A stretch of DNA of 64,000 bases from Phycisphaerae bacterium (GCA_963675745.2 CAXXWX010000013.1:32001-96000), one strand, 5' to 3'; counted from the stretch's first letter, positions 16,130 to 26,581 are shown. Notes: generated by a model not told the origin, from the sequence alone. Translations and numbers: made by a program.

Positions 16130-18301
16130 ATGACACGTGACGAAATCTGCGACAAGTTTATCGAGGCCGTTCCCTTCGAGCTCTACCCCGTCCAGGAGGA
16201 AGCCCTGCTGGCGTGGTTCGACTGCGCGGGTGGCGTGCTGGTGTGCGCGCCGACCGGGATGGGCAAGACGCTCATTGCCGAGGCCGCGATCTTCGAAGCG
16301 CTGCACACGCGGCAGGTGCTCTATTACACGACGCCGCTGATCGCCCTGACCGAGCAGAAGTACCGCGAGCTTCAGGAACTCGCCGAGCGCTGGGGGTTCT
16401 CGGCCCTCGACGTGGGCTTCATCACCGGCAATAGGCGAGAGAACCCGGACGCGCTGATCCGCGTCGTGGTGGCCGAGATTCTCCTAAATCACCTGCTGGC
16501 GCGCGAAGAGGGCGCCGGCGATTTCTCGGATGTCGCCACGGTGGTGATGGACGAGTTTCACAACTTCAACGACCGCGAGCGCGGTGTTGTATGGGAATTG
16601 TCGCTGGTGATGCTGCCGCAGACGACGCGCGTGATGCTGCTCTCCGCCACGGTCGGCAACCCGTTCGATTTCGCCGACTGGCTGAAGAAAAAACACGGCC
16701 GCAAGCTGACCGTGGTGACGTCAAACGAACGGCGTGTACCGCTGGACTTCGCGTGGGTCGGCGACCAGCTCCTGACCGAGTTTCTCCCGGCGTTGCACGC
16801 GAGCGATGACGCTGGGAATCGCACGCCGGCCCTGGTGTTCTGTTTCAATCGCGACGGGTGCTGGGAATTGGCGGAGCGGCTGAAGGGCTTGCAGCTCATC
16901 CCGAAGAATCTCCGCACGGACATCGAGCGAGAACTCGAGTCTTATCGCGGCGATCTTGACGAGGGGGCCGGGCCCAAGCTGAAGCAGATGCTGATCCGCG
17001 GCGTCGGCGTGCATCACGCCGGCGTGCTGCCCAAGCACAAGCTGGTCGTCGAGAAGCTGTTCAACGCCAAGCTGGTCCCCTTCGTGATCTGCACAGAAAC
17101 GCTGGCGGCGGGGGTGAACCTGCCGGCCCGTTCAACCGTGCTGACGACGCTGCTGAAAGGCAAGCCGGGCGAAAGGAAACTGATCGCGCCGGCGGCGGCC
17201 CACCAGATGTTCGGGCGCGCCGGCAGGCCGCAGTTTGACACGCAGGGCTACGTGTTTGTTCCGGCCCACGATGACGACGTGAAAATCGCCAAGTGGCAGA
17301 AAAAGTACGATCGCATCGACCAGAACTCGAAAGACCCGGGCATCCTCCGCGCGCGCAAGGCTCTCGAACGCAAACGCCCGACACGCCGCAAGACCGAGCA
17401 ATACTGGTCCGAGAAGCAGTTCAAGCAACTCATCGAGGCCGGTCCGGCCAAGCTCTCCAGCCGCGGCATGTTGCCGTACAACGTGCTGGTTTACATGCTG
17501 GCCCGACACGGGACTCTGCACGAGGCACGCGATTTCATCGCCAAACGGTTCACCGGCGTGGCGCGCATCGAGGCGTTCGAAAAGCAGCTCAGCAACATGC
17601 TCGATAACCTCGCCGGCCTGGGATACCTCACGCGCAGCGAAGATGGCGACCATGTGACCCTCGACGAGAGCCTGAACCGTCTGCTGAACTACCGCAGCGT
17701 AGATCCGCTGTACGGCGAGTTTCTGGCCGGGGAGTTGGCCCATGCCGGCTTTGACGAGAAGGTAATGGCGCTTGAAAGCGTGCTGGAAATGCCGTGGGCG
17801 ATCATTCGCAAGGTGCGGATTCCCAGAGACATGGCCAAGGGGCCGCTGCAATCGGAGGTGCTCGAACCGCAGATGGTCGCGATGGGCGTCAAGCTGGAAT
17901 GGCCCGAGCAGGGCGAGCGCGAATACGATCCATGGGCGACCGATGACGAGATTGAATGGCCGCCGACCTTTCCGGAGATGCTGGGTATTCTCTTCGAATC
18001 CCGGCTTCCCGCACCCGAGCCGGTGGCCGTGCAGCCGAAGTGGATCGCGGGGGACGCGTTCAAATTCGACGGCGAGTTTTTCAAAATGGTGCGCGCGCGC
18101 GACCTGGTAAAACAGGAAGGTCTCATCCTGCGCCATCTCTTGCGTCTGGTCATTCTCGCCGAGGAGTTCTTCGTGCGAACCGAAGATCCCGAATACCAGC
18201 AGATCGGCGAGCTGACGACCAAGACTTGCCACCGCGTTGACGCTGGCTACACGGATCGCTTCCTGGCCGAGGCCCACAGCATGCGGGCGGTCGTGAAATA
18301 G
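16130..18301 (+). CDS. Ski2/HelY-like DEAD/DEAH-box helicase
   Basis: 'APTGMGKT', 'DEFH', 'SAT', 'TETLAAGVNLPA', 'QMFGRAGR'. Confidence 0.92.
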   Translation: MTRDEICDKFIEAVPFELYPVQEEALLAWFDCAGGVLVCAPTGMGKTLIAEAAIFEALHTRQVLYYTTPLIALTEQKYRELQELAERWGFSALDVGFITGNRRENPDALIRVVVAEILLNHLLAREEGAGDFSDVATVVMDEFHNFNDRERGVVWELSLVMLPQTTRVMLLSATVGNPFDFADWLKKKHGRKLTVVTSNERRVPLDFAWVGDQLLTEFLPALHASDDAGNRTPALVFCFNRDGCWELAERLKGLQLIPKNLRTDIERELESYRGDLDEGAGPKLKQMLIRGVGVHHAGVLPKHKLVVEKLFNAKLVPFVICTETLAAGVNLPARSTVLTTLLKGKPGERKLIAPAAAHQMFGRAGRPQFDTQGYVFVPAHDDDVKIAKWQKKYDRIDQNSKDPGILRARKALERKRPTRRKTEQYWSEKQFKQLIEAGPAKLSSRGMLPYNVLVYMLARHGTLHEARDFIAKRFTGVARIEAFEKQLSNMLDNLAGLGYLTRSEDGDHVTLDESLNRLLNYRSVDPLYGEFLAGELAHAGFDEKVMALESVLEMPWAIIRKVRIPRDMAKGPLQSEVLEPQMVAMGVKLEWPEQGEREYDPWATDDEIEWPPTFPEMLGILFESRLPAPEPVAVQPKWIAGDAFKFDGEFFKMVRARDLVKQEGLILRHLLRLVILAEEFFVRTEDPEYQQIGELTTKTCHRVDAGYTDRFLAEAHSMRAVVK

Positions 18302-18350
18302 CCCTCGGCACGGTGGCGCCCGATCGCGCGCGGGTCGTTACTATTCCGGC

Positions 18351-18962
18351 GTGATGTTGTGCTTCGCTGAATGTCCCGTTTGTCGGCACCCGCTGAGCTG
18401 GACGTATCTGCTGCGCCCGCTCTGGTCCCAGTGGCGCTGCCGCCATTGTGCGTCGCTGTTGGGAATTGACGTTCGTCGGCGACTGCTGCTGGTGATACCG
18501 CTGGTGCTGGCACTGCCGATCGGCGCGCTGGCGCTGTCGCGACTCGGTTTCAACGACTTTGCGATTCTGGTCGCGCTGGCGTTCTGGGGGCCCCTGTTTG
18601 CCTGTCTGGATCGGGCGCGCGTCGTGGAGCGCTGCGGGTTTCGCTGCAAGCGGTGCGGTTACGATTTGCAGGGTCAGGTTACGCCGCGCTGCCCCGAATG
18701 CGGGCGACATCTTGATACGCAGGAACGTGAACTTCTGGCTGCGGGTGTGATTCCGCAGGCGACGCGTCGGCCGCGCCGCAAGCTGGCCCTGGCGCTGACA
18801 CTGGCCCTGGTGCTCGGCGGCCTGGCCACGGTCGGCGTCGGATTGCTGCGCTACTACCAGGCGTCCCGCGCCCAGGCGACGCGCCAGCGCTTAGTGGCGC
18901 CGCGGACGGCTGCTACGCCGGCAACAATGCCAAGCACAAGCCAACCCGCGCCGGGACCATAG
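18351..18962 (+). CDS. Membrane protein with two zinc-ribbon motifs
   Basis: CPVC..CRHC, TM helices, then CKRCGYDLQG...CPECG. Confidence 0.7.
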   Translation: MMLCFAECPVCRHPLSWTYLLRPLWSQWRCRHCASLLGIDVRRRLLLVIPLVLALPIGALALSRLGFNDFAILVALAFWGPLFACLDRARVVERCGFRCKRCGYDLQGQVTPRCPECGRHLDTQERELLAAGVIPQATRRPRRKLALALTLALVLGGLATVGVGLLRYYQASRAQATRQRLVAPRTAATPATMPSTSQPAPGP

Positions 18963-19249
18963 CGGCGTGGCGTGGGCGATGAACCGACAGGCTCGCCGTA
19001 ACGCAGATCTTGTCTGCGCAAGCAATGTCCGTGGTGCCTGCGGCGACCCAGTTCGCGCGTGCTACGCGAGCGGCCGTCTTTCTCAAACGCGCGCTGGCAC
19101 TGATTCCAGGGACGCCTGGCGCGTTTTTCTCGTGCCAGTGACCGACGCGGCGCCATGACCATTACAATCATGGGTGTCCGCACCGCTGACTCTGGTTGGG
19201 GATTGGCGTCCGCGGTGTCCGCGGAATGTTGGGTTACGAGTGATTACTG

Positions 19250-20281
19250 ATGCACCGCGCAGTCCACAATCAACCGAGCACGTTGGCAGCTGACACGGCG
19301 ACGCCGCGCTCGCTGATGGACTGCTGCGGGCGCCGCATCGACCACCTGCGGTTGTCCGTCACGCCGCATTGCGATCTGCGCTGCATATACTGCCGCCCTG
19401 ACGGTAAGCCGACGGCTGTCACGACCCGTGAGCCGCTGTCTGATGAGCGGCGCGTCGAGTTTGTTCGGTTTCTTCATGCGCGCTACGGGCTTGCGCAGGT
19501 TCGCGTGACCGGCGGCGAGCCATTGGTGTATGCGCCCGTCGTCGAGTTCATCGCGGCGCTGCGCCGCGCGCTGCCCACAATATCTCTGGCGATGACAACC
19601 AATGGCCGGCTTTTGCGGCATCACGCGGCCGCGCTGCGTGACGCCGGGCTGGACCGCCTCAATGTCTCCCTGGATTCACTGCGGCCCGCGACGTTTCACC
19701 GAATCACCGGCGGCAATCTCGACGACGTGCTGGCCGGACTGGAAGCCGCGCGGCAGGCGGGCTTCCCGCCGCCCAAGATCAACGTTGTCGTGATCCAAGA
19801 TATTAACGCTGATGAAGTTGTCGAGATTGCCCGTTGGGGCCTGGGCCGTGGTTCTGAAGTTCGCTTCCTGGAGGCGATGCCAATTGGCGCGGCGGCGGAA
19901 TCGAACCGCGCCACTTTCGTGCGCGGACGAGACATCCTGGCGCGACTGGGCGAGGCGTTTGAGCTGCGGCCCTGTTCAAAGGCCGATGCGAGCACGGCGC
20001 AGCTTTTTCACGCGCGCGGGCCTGATGTTGAGGGGGGCGTCGGATTGATCACATCGCTTAGCGAGCCGTTCTGCGCGCAGTGTCGGCGTGTTCGTCTGAC
20101 GGCCGACGGCCGGTTGTTCGCATGCCTGCTCGACCCCGCGAATGTCGACATGAAGCAGGCATGGCACTCGGGGAGCTTTGACGCAACGTGCGCCGCCGAT
20201 CTGCTGGAAGAAGCGGTGGCAGCCAAGCAGTTGCGGGGGCCGGGACACCAGCCGACGGCGATGACCGCGCTCGGCGGATGA
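19250..20281 (+). CDS. moaA: GTP 3',8-cyclase MoaA
   Basis: Radical SAM CDLRCIYC, 'TGGEP', 'FCAQCRRVRLTADGRLFACL', C-terminal GG. Confidence 0.95.
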   Translation: MHRAVHNQPSTLAADTATPRSLMDCCGRRIDHLRLSVTPHCDLRCIYCRPDGKPTAVTTREPLSDERRVEFVRFLHARYGLAQVRVTGGEPLVYAPVVEFIAALRRALPTISLAMTTNGRLLRHHAAALRDAGLDRLNVSLDSLRPATFHRITGGNLDDVLAGLEAARQAGFPPPKINVVVIQDINADEVVEIARWGLGRGSEVRFLEAMPIGAAAESNRATFVRGRDILARLGEAFELRPCSKADASTAQLFHARGPDVEGGVGLITSLSEPFCAQCRRVRLTADGRLFACLLDPANVDMKQAWHSGSFDATCAADLLEEAVAAKQLRGPGHQPTAMTALGG

Positions 20282-20285
20282 TTAG

Positions 20286-20381
20286 TTTTCAGTGTTCAGT
20301 GTTCAGTTTTCAGCAACGGATTCCGCCGTCGGCGGGCGCACTTCTGACTTCTTACTTTTGACTTCTTACTTCGTGCTTCAT
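20286..20381. repeat. Two heptamer arrays: (TKTTCAG)x4 and (ACTTCTK-like)x5-6
   Basis: 20286-20313 and 20340-20381, between the convergent moaA and transporter genes. The second array overlaps the transporter stop. Confidence 0.75.
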
Positions 20382-21575
20382 CCTGAGCCCTATCGTGGCC
20401 AGCAGCGATGCAACCAGCCAGCCGGCCGCAAAGCCGACCGCCGTGTTGATGGCCAGGCAGACGCCGGCGGTGAGAATCATGACGACGAAGTCGATCCGCG
20501 CGGTTTGATCGCGGCAGACCAGGGCGAGTTCAAGGCCGCCGAAAAGCAGCAGCGCGCCCAGCACCGACTGCGGATACGCTTCGAGCCAGGCGAGCAGTGA
20601 GGCGCCGAAGACCAGAGCCAGCAGAATCTTGGCCACGCCAAGCACGACCATGCTTCCGCCGGTGCGTGCCCCAAAGCGGTGTTGCGCGGCTAGCCCACCC
20701 GCGCCATGGCAGACCGGCATGCACCCGAGTGGGCAGCAGATGAGGTTCAGCAACCCCACGGAAGCGGCCACGCGGCGCGGTGCCAGCGCGCGGCGCGGGA
20801 ACAGATCGGACGAGAGCGCGCAAACCGCGATCACCGAGTTCAGGACGGTGAGCGGAATCTGCGGTATCGCGCCGCGCAGCAACCCCTGCCGCCACGCCGA
20901 CCAGTCGGCCAGGTCCGGCAGGTGCCATTGCATACCCAGCCGGCTCGCGCCGAGCAGTGCCGGCTGGCTCAGCAGCAGCGCGCCGAGACCGAGCGCAAAA
21001 ACCACCAGGGCGCTGGGAAACCGGCGTGAGAAATAGAACACGAGAATGATCCCCACGCAGAGCGCTCCGAGCGCGATGCTGTCGAATCCGAGCCACACAT
21101 TGGTGCCGCCAATCATCCCGATGCCCTTGGTTAGCAGCTTGACTCCGAGCCCGAGCTGTAGCCCGCGCACGACACTCTTGGGGATCTTGCGTGTCAGCCA
21201 GTCAACCAGTCCCGTTACCGCCAATAGCATCAAAACGGCGCCGGTGCCGATGCCGGCGGCCAGGATCTCCGCCTCGCTGAGCCCTTCGGCGATTGCGACG
21301 GCGGCGATGGCCTTCATCGGCTGCACCGGTATTGGAATGCGAAAGATGAGGCCCGTGACGACATTTGCCAGACCTGAGGCCAGCAGTGTGGGCGCAAGCT
21401 GGAGGCCGCAAACCGTTACCAGACCCACGAGCAGCGGAATAAAAGTGCCCAGATCACCCAGCGCGCCTGACAACTCGGCGCCGTCGAAGCGCAGCGCGCG
21501 CGATCGTGAGGGCGCGTCGGCGTTGCGCACTTCCTCACCGTCTGCCTCCTCGCGATTGATGTTCAGATCGCCCAT
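20352..21575 (-). CDS. MOT1-type molybdate/sulfate transporter
   Basis: 'ELSGALGDLGTFIP', 'PIPVQPMKAIAAVA', 'PQIPLTVLNSVIAV', 'MPVCHGAGGLAAQHRFGARTG'; located within the Moco cluster. Confidence 0.88.
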   Translation of the reverse strand: MGDLNINREEADGEEVRNADAPSRSRALRFDGAELSGALGDLGTFIPLLVGLVTVCGLQLAPTLLASGLANVVTGLIFRIPIPVQPMKAIAAVAIAEGLSEAEILAAGIGTGAVLMLLAVTGLVDWLTRKIPKSVVRGLQLGLGVKLLTKGIGMIGGTNVWLGFDSIALGALCVGIILVFYFSRRFPSALVVFALGLGALLLSQPALLGASRLGMQWHLPDLADWSAWRQGLLRGAIPQIPLTVLNSVIAVCALSSDLFPRRALAPRRVAASVGLLNLICCPLGCMPVCHGAGGLAAQHRFGARTGGSMVVLGVAKILLALVFGASLLAWLEAYPQSVLGALLLFGGLELALVCRDQTARIDFVVMILTAGVCLAINTAVGFAAGWLVASLLATIGLRMKHEVRSQK

Positions 21576-21655
21576 TGGATGACTGCGGTGCTCCAGGTGA
21601 TGCGGTTGGCGTAGTATACTGCCTGCGCGGAAGCTGGAGAGAGGATGGTATCTGA

Positions 21656-22843
21656 ATGCTGACGCTGAAGGCCGCACAGGAATTGCTCGCCGGCGCGCTG
21701 ACGCCGCTCGCGCCGACCACCGTTGATCTGCACAGCGCGGCCGGCTGTCGCGTGGCGGAAGCGCCCGTGGCTCGCGCGGATTTCCCGGCGGTGGACGTGT
21801 CAATGATGGATGGCTATGCGGTTCGGGCCGCGGATACCGCCGACCAGCGGCCGCTGCCGATCGCCGCTGAGATCGCGGCGGGCGATGAGCCGTCCCCGCT
21901 CGCCGCTGCCGCCGCCGCACGTATCTTCACCGGAGCCGTCGTTCCCGCGGGGGCGGATGCCGTCGTACCGCAGGAGGACGCCACGGTGACCGACGGCTAC
22001 CAGGTTCAACTGCCGCGTGTATCGCCCGGTTACTGTGTGCGCAAGCGCGGCGAGGTCTGCGCGCTCGACTCACCCCTGATGGACACCGGTGCGCTGGTCA
22101 CTCCGCAGGCGATAGCGGCGCTGGCCGCGAGCGGTGCGCACTCGCTGCGAGTGACCCCGCGCCCGCGCGTGGGGATCCTCTCGACCGGCAGCGAGGTTGT
22201 CGAGATCGGCGCTTCCCGTCGCGCGGGACAAATCTGGGATGCCAACGGCGTGATGCTGGCCGCTCTGGCCGGTCAGGCGCAGCTACCGTTGACCGGCCGG
22301 CGGACCGCCGTCGACGACGTGGCTGCATTGAGCGGCGTGCTCGACGAGCTGCTGGAGCAGTCCGATCTGGTCGTGACCACGGGCGGCGTATCGGTCGGCG
22401 ACTACGATCTGGTGCCGCGGGCTTTGTCCGAGCTCGGCGCGACGATTGTCTTTCACCGCCTGAGCATCAAGCCCGGCAAACCCGTGCTCGTGGCGCGCGT
22501 GCGCGAGCGTTGGTGCGTCGGCCTGCCCGGCAACCCGGTATCCGCGCTGATCGGCTGGCACATGATCGCCTGGCCACTGGCCGAGACGCTGGCCGGCGGT
22601 CCGGACGCGTTTATGCTGCGATGGCTGTCGGCGGCGCTGACCGCGCCTGCGAGCAACAATGGTGACCGGACGGTGCTGGCCCCGGCACTTTTGCAGGCGG
22701 ATGATACCAGGACGACGGTGTCCGTTCTTCCGTGGAAAGGGTCGCACGACGTGGTCGCGTTTGCACGCGCGAACGCGCTGGCCGTGCTGGATGTCGGTGC
22801 GGACCACCCGGCTGGCGCAGTCGTGAATTGCTACGCGCTGTGA
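21656..22843 (+). CDS. moeA: Molybdopterin molybdotransferase MoeA
   Basis: 'SMMDGYAV', 'RIFTGA', 'STGSE', 'TTGGVSVGDYD', 'KPGKP', 'GLPGNPVSA'. Confidence 0.95.
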   Translation: MLTLKAAQELLAGALTPLAPTTVDLHSAAGCRVAEAPVARADFPAVDVSMMDGYAVRAADTADQRPLPIAAEIAAGDEPSPLAAAAAARIFTGAVVPAGADAVVPQEDATVTDGYQVQLPRVSPGYCVRKRGEVCALDSPLMDTGALVTPQAIAALAASGAHSLRVTPRPRVGILSTGSEVVEIGASRRAGQIWDANGVMLAALAGQAQLPLTGRRTAVDDVAALSGVLDELLEQSDLVVTTGGVSVGDYDLVPRALSELGATIVFHRLSIKPGKPVLVARVRERWCVGLPGNPVSALIGWHMIAWPLAETLAGGPDAFMLRWLSAALTAPASNNGDRTVLAPALLQADDTRTTVSVLPWKGSHDVVAFARANALAVLDVGADHPAGAVVNCYAL

Positions 22844-22875
22844 GCCATGCGGCCAGCACAGTGGAGTAGTTGATT

Positions 22876-23355
22876 ATGTCGAAGTTGAGCCATCTTGATG
22901 AAGCCGGCCGCGTGCAGATGGTTAACGTCGGCGACAAGCCGGCGACCGCGCGGCGCGCCGTGGCCGAGGGCACACTGCGCATCGGTCCGGAGCTGATGCG
23001 GACGATAAACGCGGACCAGACGCCGAAGGGCAATATCTACGAAACAGCCCGGCTGGCGGGCATCATGGCGGCAAAACGCACGGCCGAATTGATCCCGCTG
23101 TGCCACACGCTTCCGCTGGACCACGTTCAGGTGGACTTCGAGCCGGCCGACGACCGGATTCGCATCGTGGCCGCCGCCAATACGCGCGCTGCAACCGGCG
23201 TGGAGATGGAGGCTCTTGCCGCCGTGACCGTGGCCGGGCTGACGCTGTACGACATGCTCAAGGCGCTCGGCCACGCCATGGTGCTGGAGAACGTACGCCT
23301 GCTGGAAAAGTCCGGCGGGCGCAGCGGCGAATATCACGCCACTGATGGGGCATAG
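22876..23355 (+). CDS. moaC: Cyclic pyranopterin monophosphate synthase MoaC
   Basis: 'LSHLD...MVNVGDK', 'AGIMAAKRT..LIPLCH', 'TGVEMEAL', 'YDMLKA', 'KSGG'. Confidence 0.96.
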   Translation: MSKLSHLDEAGRVQMVNVGDKPATARRAVAEGTLRIGPELMRTINADQTPKGNIYETARLAGIMAAKRTAELIPLCHTLPLDHVQVDFEPADDRIRIVAAANTRAATGVEMEALAAVTVAGLTLYDMLKALGHAMVLENVRLLEKSGGRSGEYHATDGA

Positions 23356-23368
23356 GGAACAACTGACG

Positions 23369-24298
23369 ATGCAAGCGGGAACCATACTGCACGTGTGCCT
23401 TTCGCCCCGGAAGGGGATCGCGAAGACCGCCGTGGCGACGGCCACGCTCATAGCCGAGCGCGGCATGGAAGGGGACGTACACGCCGGCGACTGGCATCGA
23501 CAACTGAGCCTGCTGGATGAGGCCGAAATCGAGACGATGCGCGTCAAAGGGCTGGATCTGGCGCCCGGGGCCTTCGGCGAGAACCTGGTCATCCGGGGCC
23601 TTGAGCTGGGCGACCTCGGGATCGGTTCGCGGCTGCGCGCCGGCGACGTAGAGCTTGAGATCACGCAGATCGGAAAGGTGTGCCATAGCCGCTGCGCGAT
23701 CTATGACCGTGTCGGTGACTGTATCATGCCGCGCGCGGGTATCTTTGCACGCGTCCTGCGCGCTGGAGAAATCGCACCAGGCCTGCCGATCGAGATTGCC
23801 GAACTGGTTCCGCGCTCGGCGATCCAGGTCGGCGTGCTGACAGTCTCGGACAGCCGGGCTGCGGGCCGCGCCGAGGACACCACGGGGCCCGCGGTCGCGC
23901 GACTCGTCAGCGATCGGCTTGGCGCGCACGTGGCGTGGTCCGGCGTGGTCGCCGATGAGGCCGGCGACATATCTGATACGCTCAGGAACCTGGCGGAGCG
24001 TAATCTCGATCTCGCCATCACGGCGGGGGGGACCGGGTTTGGCCCGCGCGACGTCACTCCGGAAGCCACGCGCGCCGTAATCGACCGCGAGGCACCGGGG
24101 CTGGCCGAGGCCATGCGCGCCGCGTCTCTTGCCGTGACCAGTCACGCCATGCTCCAGCGCGGCGTGTGTGGAATCCGCGGCGCGATGCTGATTGTCAATC
24201 TGCCCGGTAGCGAGAAAGCCGCCGTCGAGAATCTCACTGAAATCCTGGCGGCGCTGCCTCACGCGGTGCGCCTGCTTCGGGGTGAGATGGTGCATTGA
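23369..24298 (+). CDS. MOSC domain fused to MogA/MoaB molybdopterin adenylyltransferase
   Basis: MOSC 'GDVHAG..HRQLSLL..GAFGEN..QIGKVCH..C'; MogA 'LTVSD', 'GGTGFGPRDVTPEAT', 'NLPGS'. Confidence 0.9.
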   Translation: MQAGTILHVCLSPRKGIAKTAVATATLIAERGMEGDVHAGDWHRQLSLLDEAEIETMRVKGLDLAPGAFGENLVIRGLELGDLGIGSRLRAGDVELEITQIGKVCHSRCAIYDRVGDCIMPRAGIFARVLRAGEIAPGLPIEIAELVPRSAIQVGVLTVSDSRAAGRAEDTTGPAVARLVSDRLGAHVAWSGVVADEAGDISDTLRNLAERNLDLAITAGGTGFGPRDVTPEATRAVIDREAPGLAEAMRAASLAVTSHAMLQRGVCGIRGAMLIVNLPGSEKAAVENLTEILAALPHAVRLLRGEMVH

Positions 24299-24358
24299 AG
24301 CATCACTGGTGCTTTGCGTGGCAGCCGGGATCCGGAGAGAATGCGGGCCCGCAGAAAA

Positions 24359-24384
24359 CGTCCGACTCGGGGGTCGGATGCTAC
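24359..24384 (-). repeat. GTAG-type REP hairpin
   Basis: Reverse complement of 10238-10263 with one mismatch; lies between convergent genes. Confidence 0.7.
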
Positions 24385-24406
24385 CGGGTTTTGGCGGTGT
24401 ACGCGT

Positions 24407-25006
24407 CTACCAGACTTCCGCGATCTCCTGTTGGAGCCGGCGCAGGCGCGTCAGCACGCGTTTCTTGTACACGTAGACGGCGTTCTTTGAAATGCCGAGG
24501 TGGTCGGCTACCTTCTCGGGAGGCCAGGCGTCCATCGTATACAGTTTGAAGGCCTGGAATGTCTTGTCGTCGACCTCGCGGCGGACTTCACGCAGACACT
24601 CATTCATCACGCCGCGCTCCCACTCCTCGTCGAAAATGTCGGCAATCTCCGCCTCGTCGGGAACGCGATTCAGGAACTTCGTGACGCCGGTCTGGTCGAT
24701 GACCTGTACTTCGCGGTTGCCCTGGCGGCGCCAGGCCTGGCGAATCTTGTTGAACACGATTCCCTGAAGCCAGTGTCGCAAGCGGCCGCGCTCGCGGTCG
24801 TACTTTCCGTCGCGATAGCTTTCCATGAAGACCATCAGCGTCTCCTGGATCACGTCGCGCCCATCATGTTCGCTCAGGCCGGCGCGGCGGGCGCAAGCCA
24901 TCAGCATCGGCTCGTAGCGCCGCATGAACTGCTGCCAGGCCTCGCTGTTATCGTGATCGCGCAAGCCCTGCAGCAACGCCGTGCTGGTTACCGTCTTGAC
25001 ATCCAC
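24407..25006 (-). CDS. ECF-type RNA polymerase sigma-70 factor
   Basis: RBS GAGGAG and GTG start; 'TSTALL', 'AWQQF', 'DVIQE', 'GRLRHWL', region 4 'VADHLGISKNAVY'. Confidence 0.9.
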   Translation of the reverse strand: MDVKTVTSTALLQGLRDHDNSEAWQQFMRRYEPMLMACARRAGLSEHDGRDVIQETLMVFMESYRDGKYDRERGRLRHWLQGIVFNKIRQAWRRQGNREVQVIDQTGVTKFLNRVPDEAEIADIFDEEWERGVMNECLREVRREVDDKTFQAFKLYTMDAWPPEKVADHLGISKNAVYVYKKRVLTRLRRLQQEIAEVW

Positions 25007-25123
25007 ACCTTGAACTCCTCGAAGTGTACCGGTGCGGGCGGCGCCCGGAGGGAGCCCATTATAACCCTTCAACCGGTTACATGCGCGCGGACCTGCATCG
25101 TCAGACGCGCGCGTTGAGCCGGG

Positions 25124-26581
25124 TCAGGCCTCGATGCGGCCGAAGAGCGTCAGGGCCGTGGCCATTTCGATTCGCACGCGCACCAGAGTTCCGATGTGGC
25201 GCTGTTCGCCGGGGAAGACCGTGATGACATCATGTGGCGTACGGCCGACAAGCTGATTGGCTTTCGCATTGGTTGCCTCGGTACCGCGGTCCTGCTCAGA
25301 TGCCGGCAGCACACTCGCCTCCCGGGACTGCCGGGCGCGCCGGGCGACTTTGCTGTAACACTCGACAAGCACTTCGACGGTTTGGCCGATGAGCGCGCGT
25401 TTCTGCCGTTCCATTATCTCCATCTGGGTGGCAAGCAGATCGCGGTTACGGCGCACCTTGACTTCCGTGGGCACGTCGTCAACCTGACGCCGGTCGGCCG
25501 CCGTGCCGGGACGCGGGGAGTACTTGAAGACGAAGATCTGCTTGTATTCAACGCGACGGACGAGATCCAGCGTGCGCTGAAAGTCGGTTTCGGTCTCGCC
25601 GCTGAACCCGACGATGAAATCGCCGGCCAGCGCGATATCGGGCACATAACGCCGCGCCGTATCCATGAGCCGCAGGTACTCGTCGGCGGTATACGCCCGG
25701 TGCATGGCTTCGAGAATCCGGTCCGATCCGCTCTGAGCCGGGATGTGCAGGTATGGACAGATGCGGGGGCAGTCCTGCATTACTCGAAAGATATCCTCGT
25801 CCCAGTCGGCGGGATAGCTGGTCACAAAGCGCAGACGCGCCACACCATCGATTGCATGCACACGTTCGAGTAATTCAGCAAAACGCACCGGCCGTCCATC
25901 TTGCTGGTGTACGTACGAATTCACGGTTTGTCCGAGCAGCGTGATCTCGCGGCAGCCGTTATCCACCAGCCGCCGTACCTCCTCAACAATGCGCGACGGG
26001 GGCCGGCTGCGTTCGGGGCCGCGTGTGAACGGCACCACGCAGTAGGTGCAGAACTTGTCGCACCCGCGTTGCACGCGCACGTATGACTGGAGCAGGTTCT
26101 CATTCGGGCTTGCCGACCGGGATTGATCCAGGGCTTCCAGTCGATCGGCTTCGAGCGCGCGGTCCACCGCGGCCGTGCGCCTTGTTTGATTGCCGGACAG
26201 GGCCGATACCGGTCGGCGATGTTGGCGGTGCTCGTCGAGCAGGGCGGGCAGCTGGTCAAGCTCACCGGGACCGCACAGAAGATCGACGTGCGGCGCCTTG
26301 GCAAACAGCGCCTCTCTTTCACGCTCGGCCATGCAGCCGATGACGCCGAGCACGACCTCCGGTCGCCGTTGCTTGAGATCTCTGAGCTGTCCCAGCCGCG
26401 AATAAACCTTGTCTTCGGCGTGTTGGCGGACACTGCACGTGTTGAACAGAATCACATCCGCCTGATGATGTGAATCAACGCGGCTCAGTCCGTGCTCGCG
26501 CAATTGCCCCTCGACGAGCTGGCTGTCCAGCACGTTCATCTGGCAGCCGAATGTTTCGAGGTAGTACGTCCCGGCCGTCAC
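25124..26581 (-). CDS. miaB: tRNA methylthiotransferase MiaB
   Basis: 'TFGCQMN', 'NTCSVR', 'GCMA', 'GCDKFCTYC', C-terminal TRAM domain. Confidence 0.96.
   Translation of the reverse strand: MTAGTYYLETFGCQMNVLDSQLVEGQLREHGLSRVDSHHQADVILFNTCSVRQHAEDKVYSRLGQLRDLKQRRPEVVLGVIGCMAEREREALFAKAPHVDLLCGPGELDQLPALLDEHRQHRRPVSALSGNQTRRTAAVDRALEADRLEALDQSRSASPNENLLQSYVRVQRGCDKFCTYCVVPFTRGPERSRPPSRIVEEVRRLVDNGCREITLLGQTVNSYVHQQDGRPVRFAELLERVHAIDGVARLRFVTSYPADWDEDIFRVMQDCPRICPYLHIPAQSGSDRILEAMHRAYTADEYLRLMDTARRYVPDIALAGDFIVGFSGETETDFQRTLDLVRRVEYKQIFVFKYSPRPGTAADRRQVDDVPTEVKVRRNRDLLATQMEIMERQKRALIGQTVEVLVECYSKVARRARQSREASVLPASEQDRGTEATNAKANQLVGRTPHDVITVFPGEQRHIGTLVRVRIEMATALTLFGRIEA

Noticed and set aside
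18963..19249. Moco riboswitch or sigma54 promoter upstream of moaA
   Set aside because: Hairpins and TGGCAC occur, but I could not match the Moco RNA consensus or a correctly spaced TTGC; an Infernal search would settle it.
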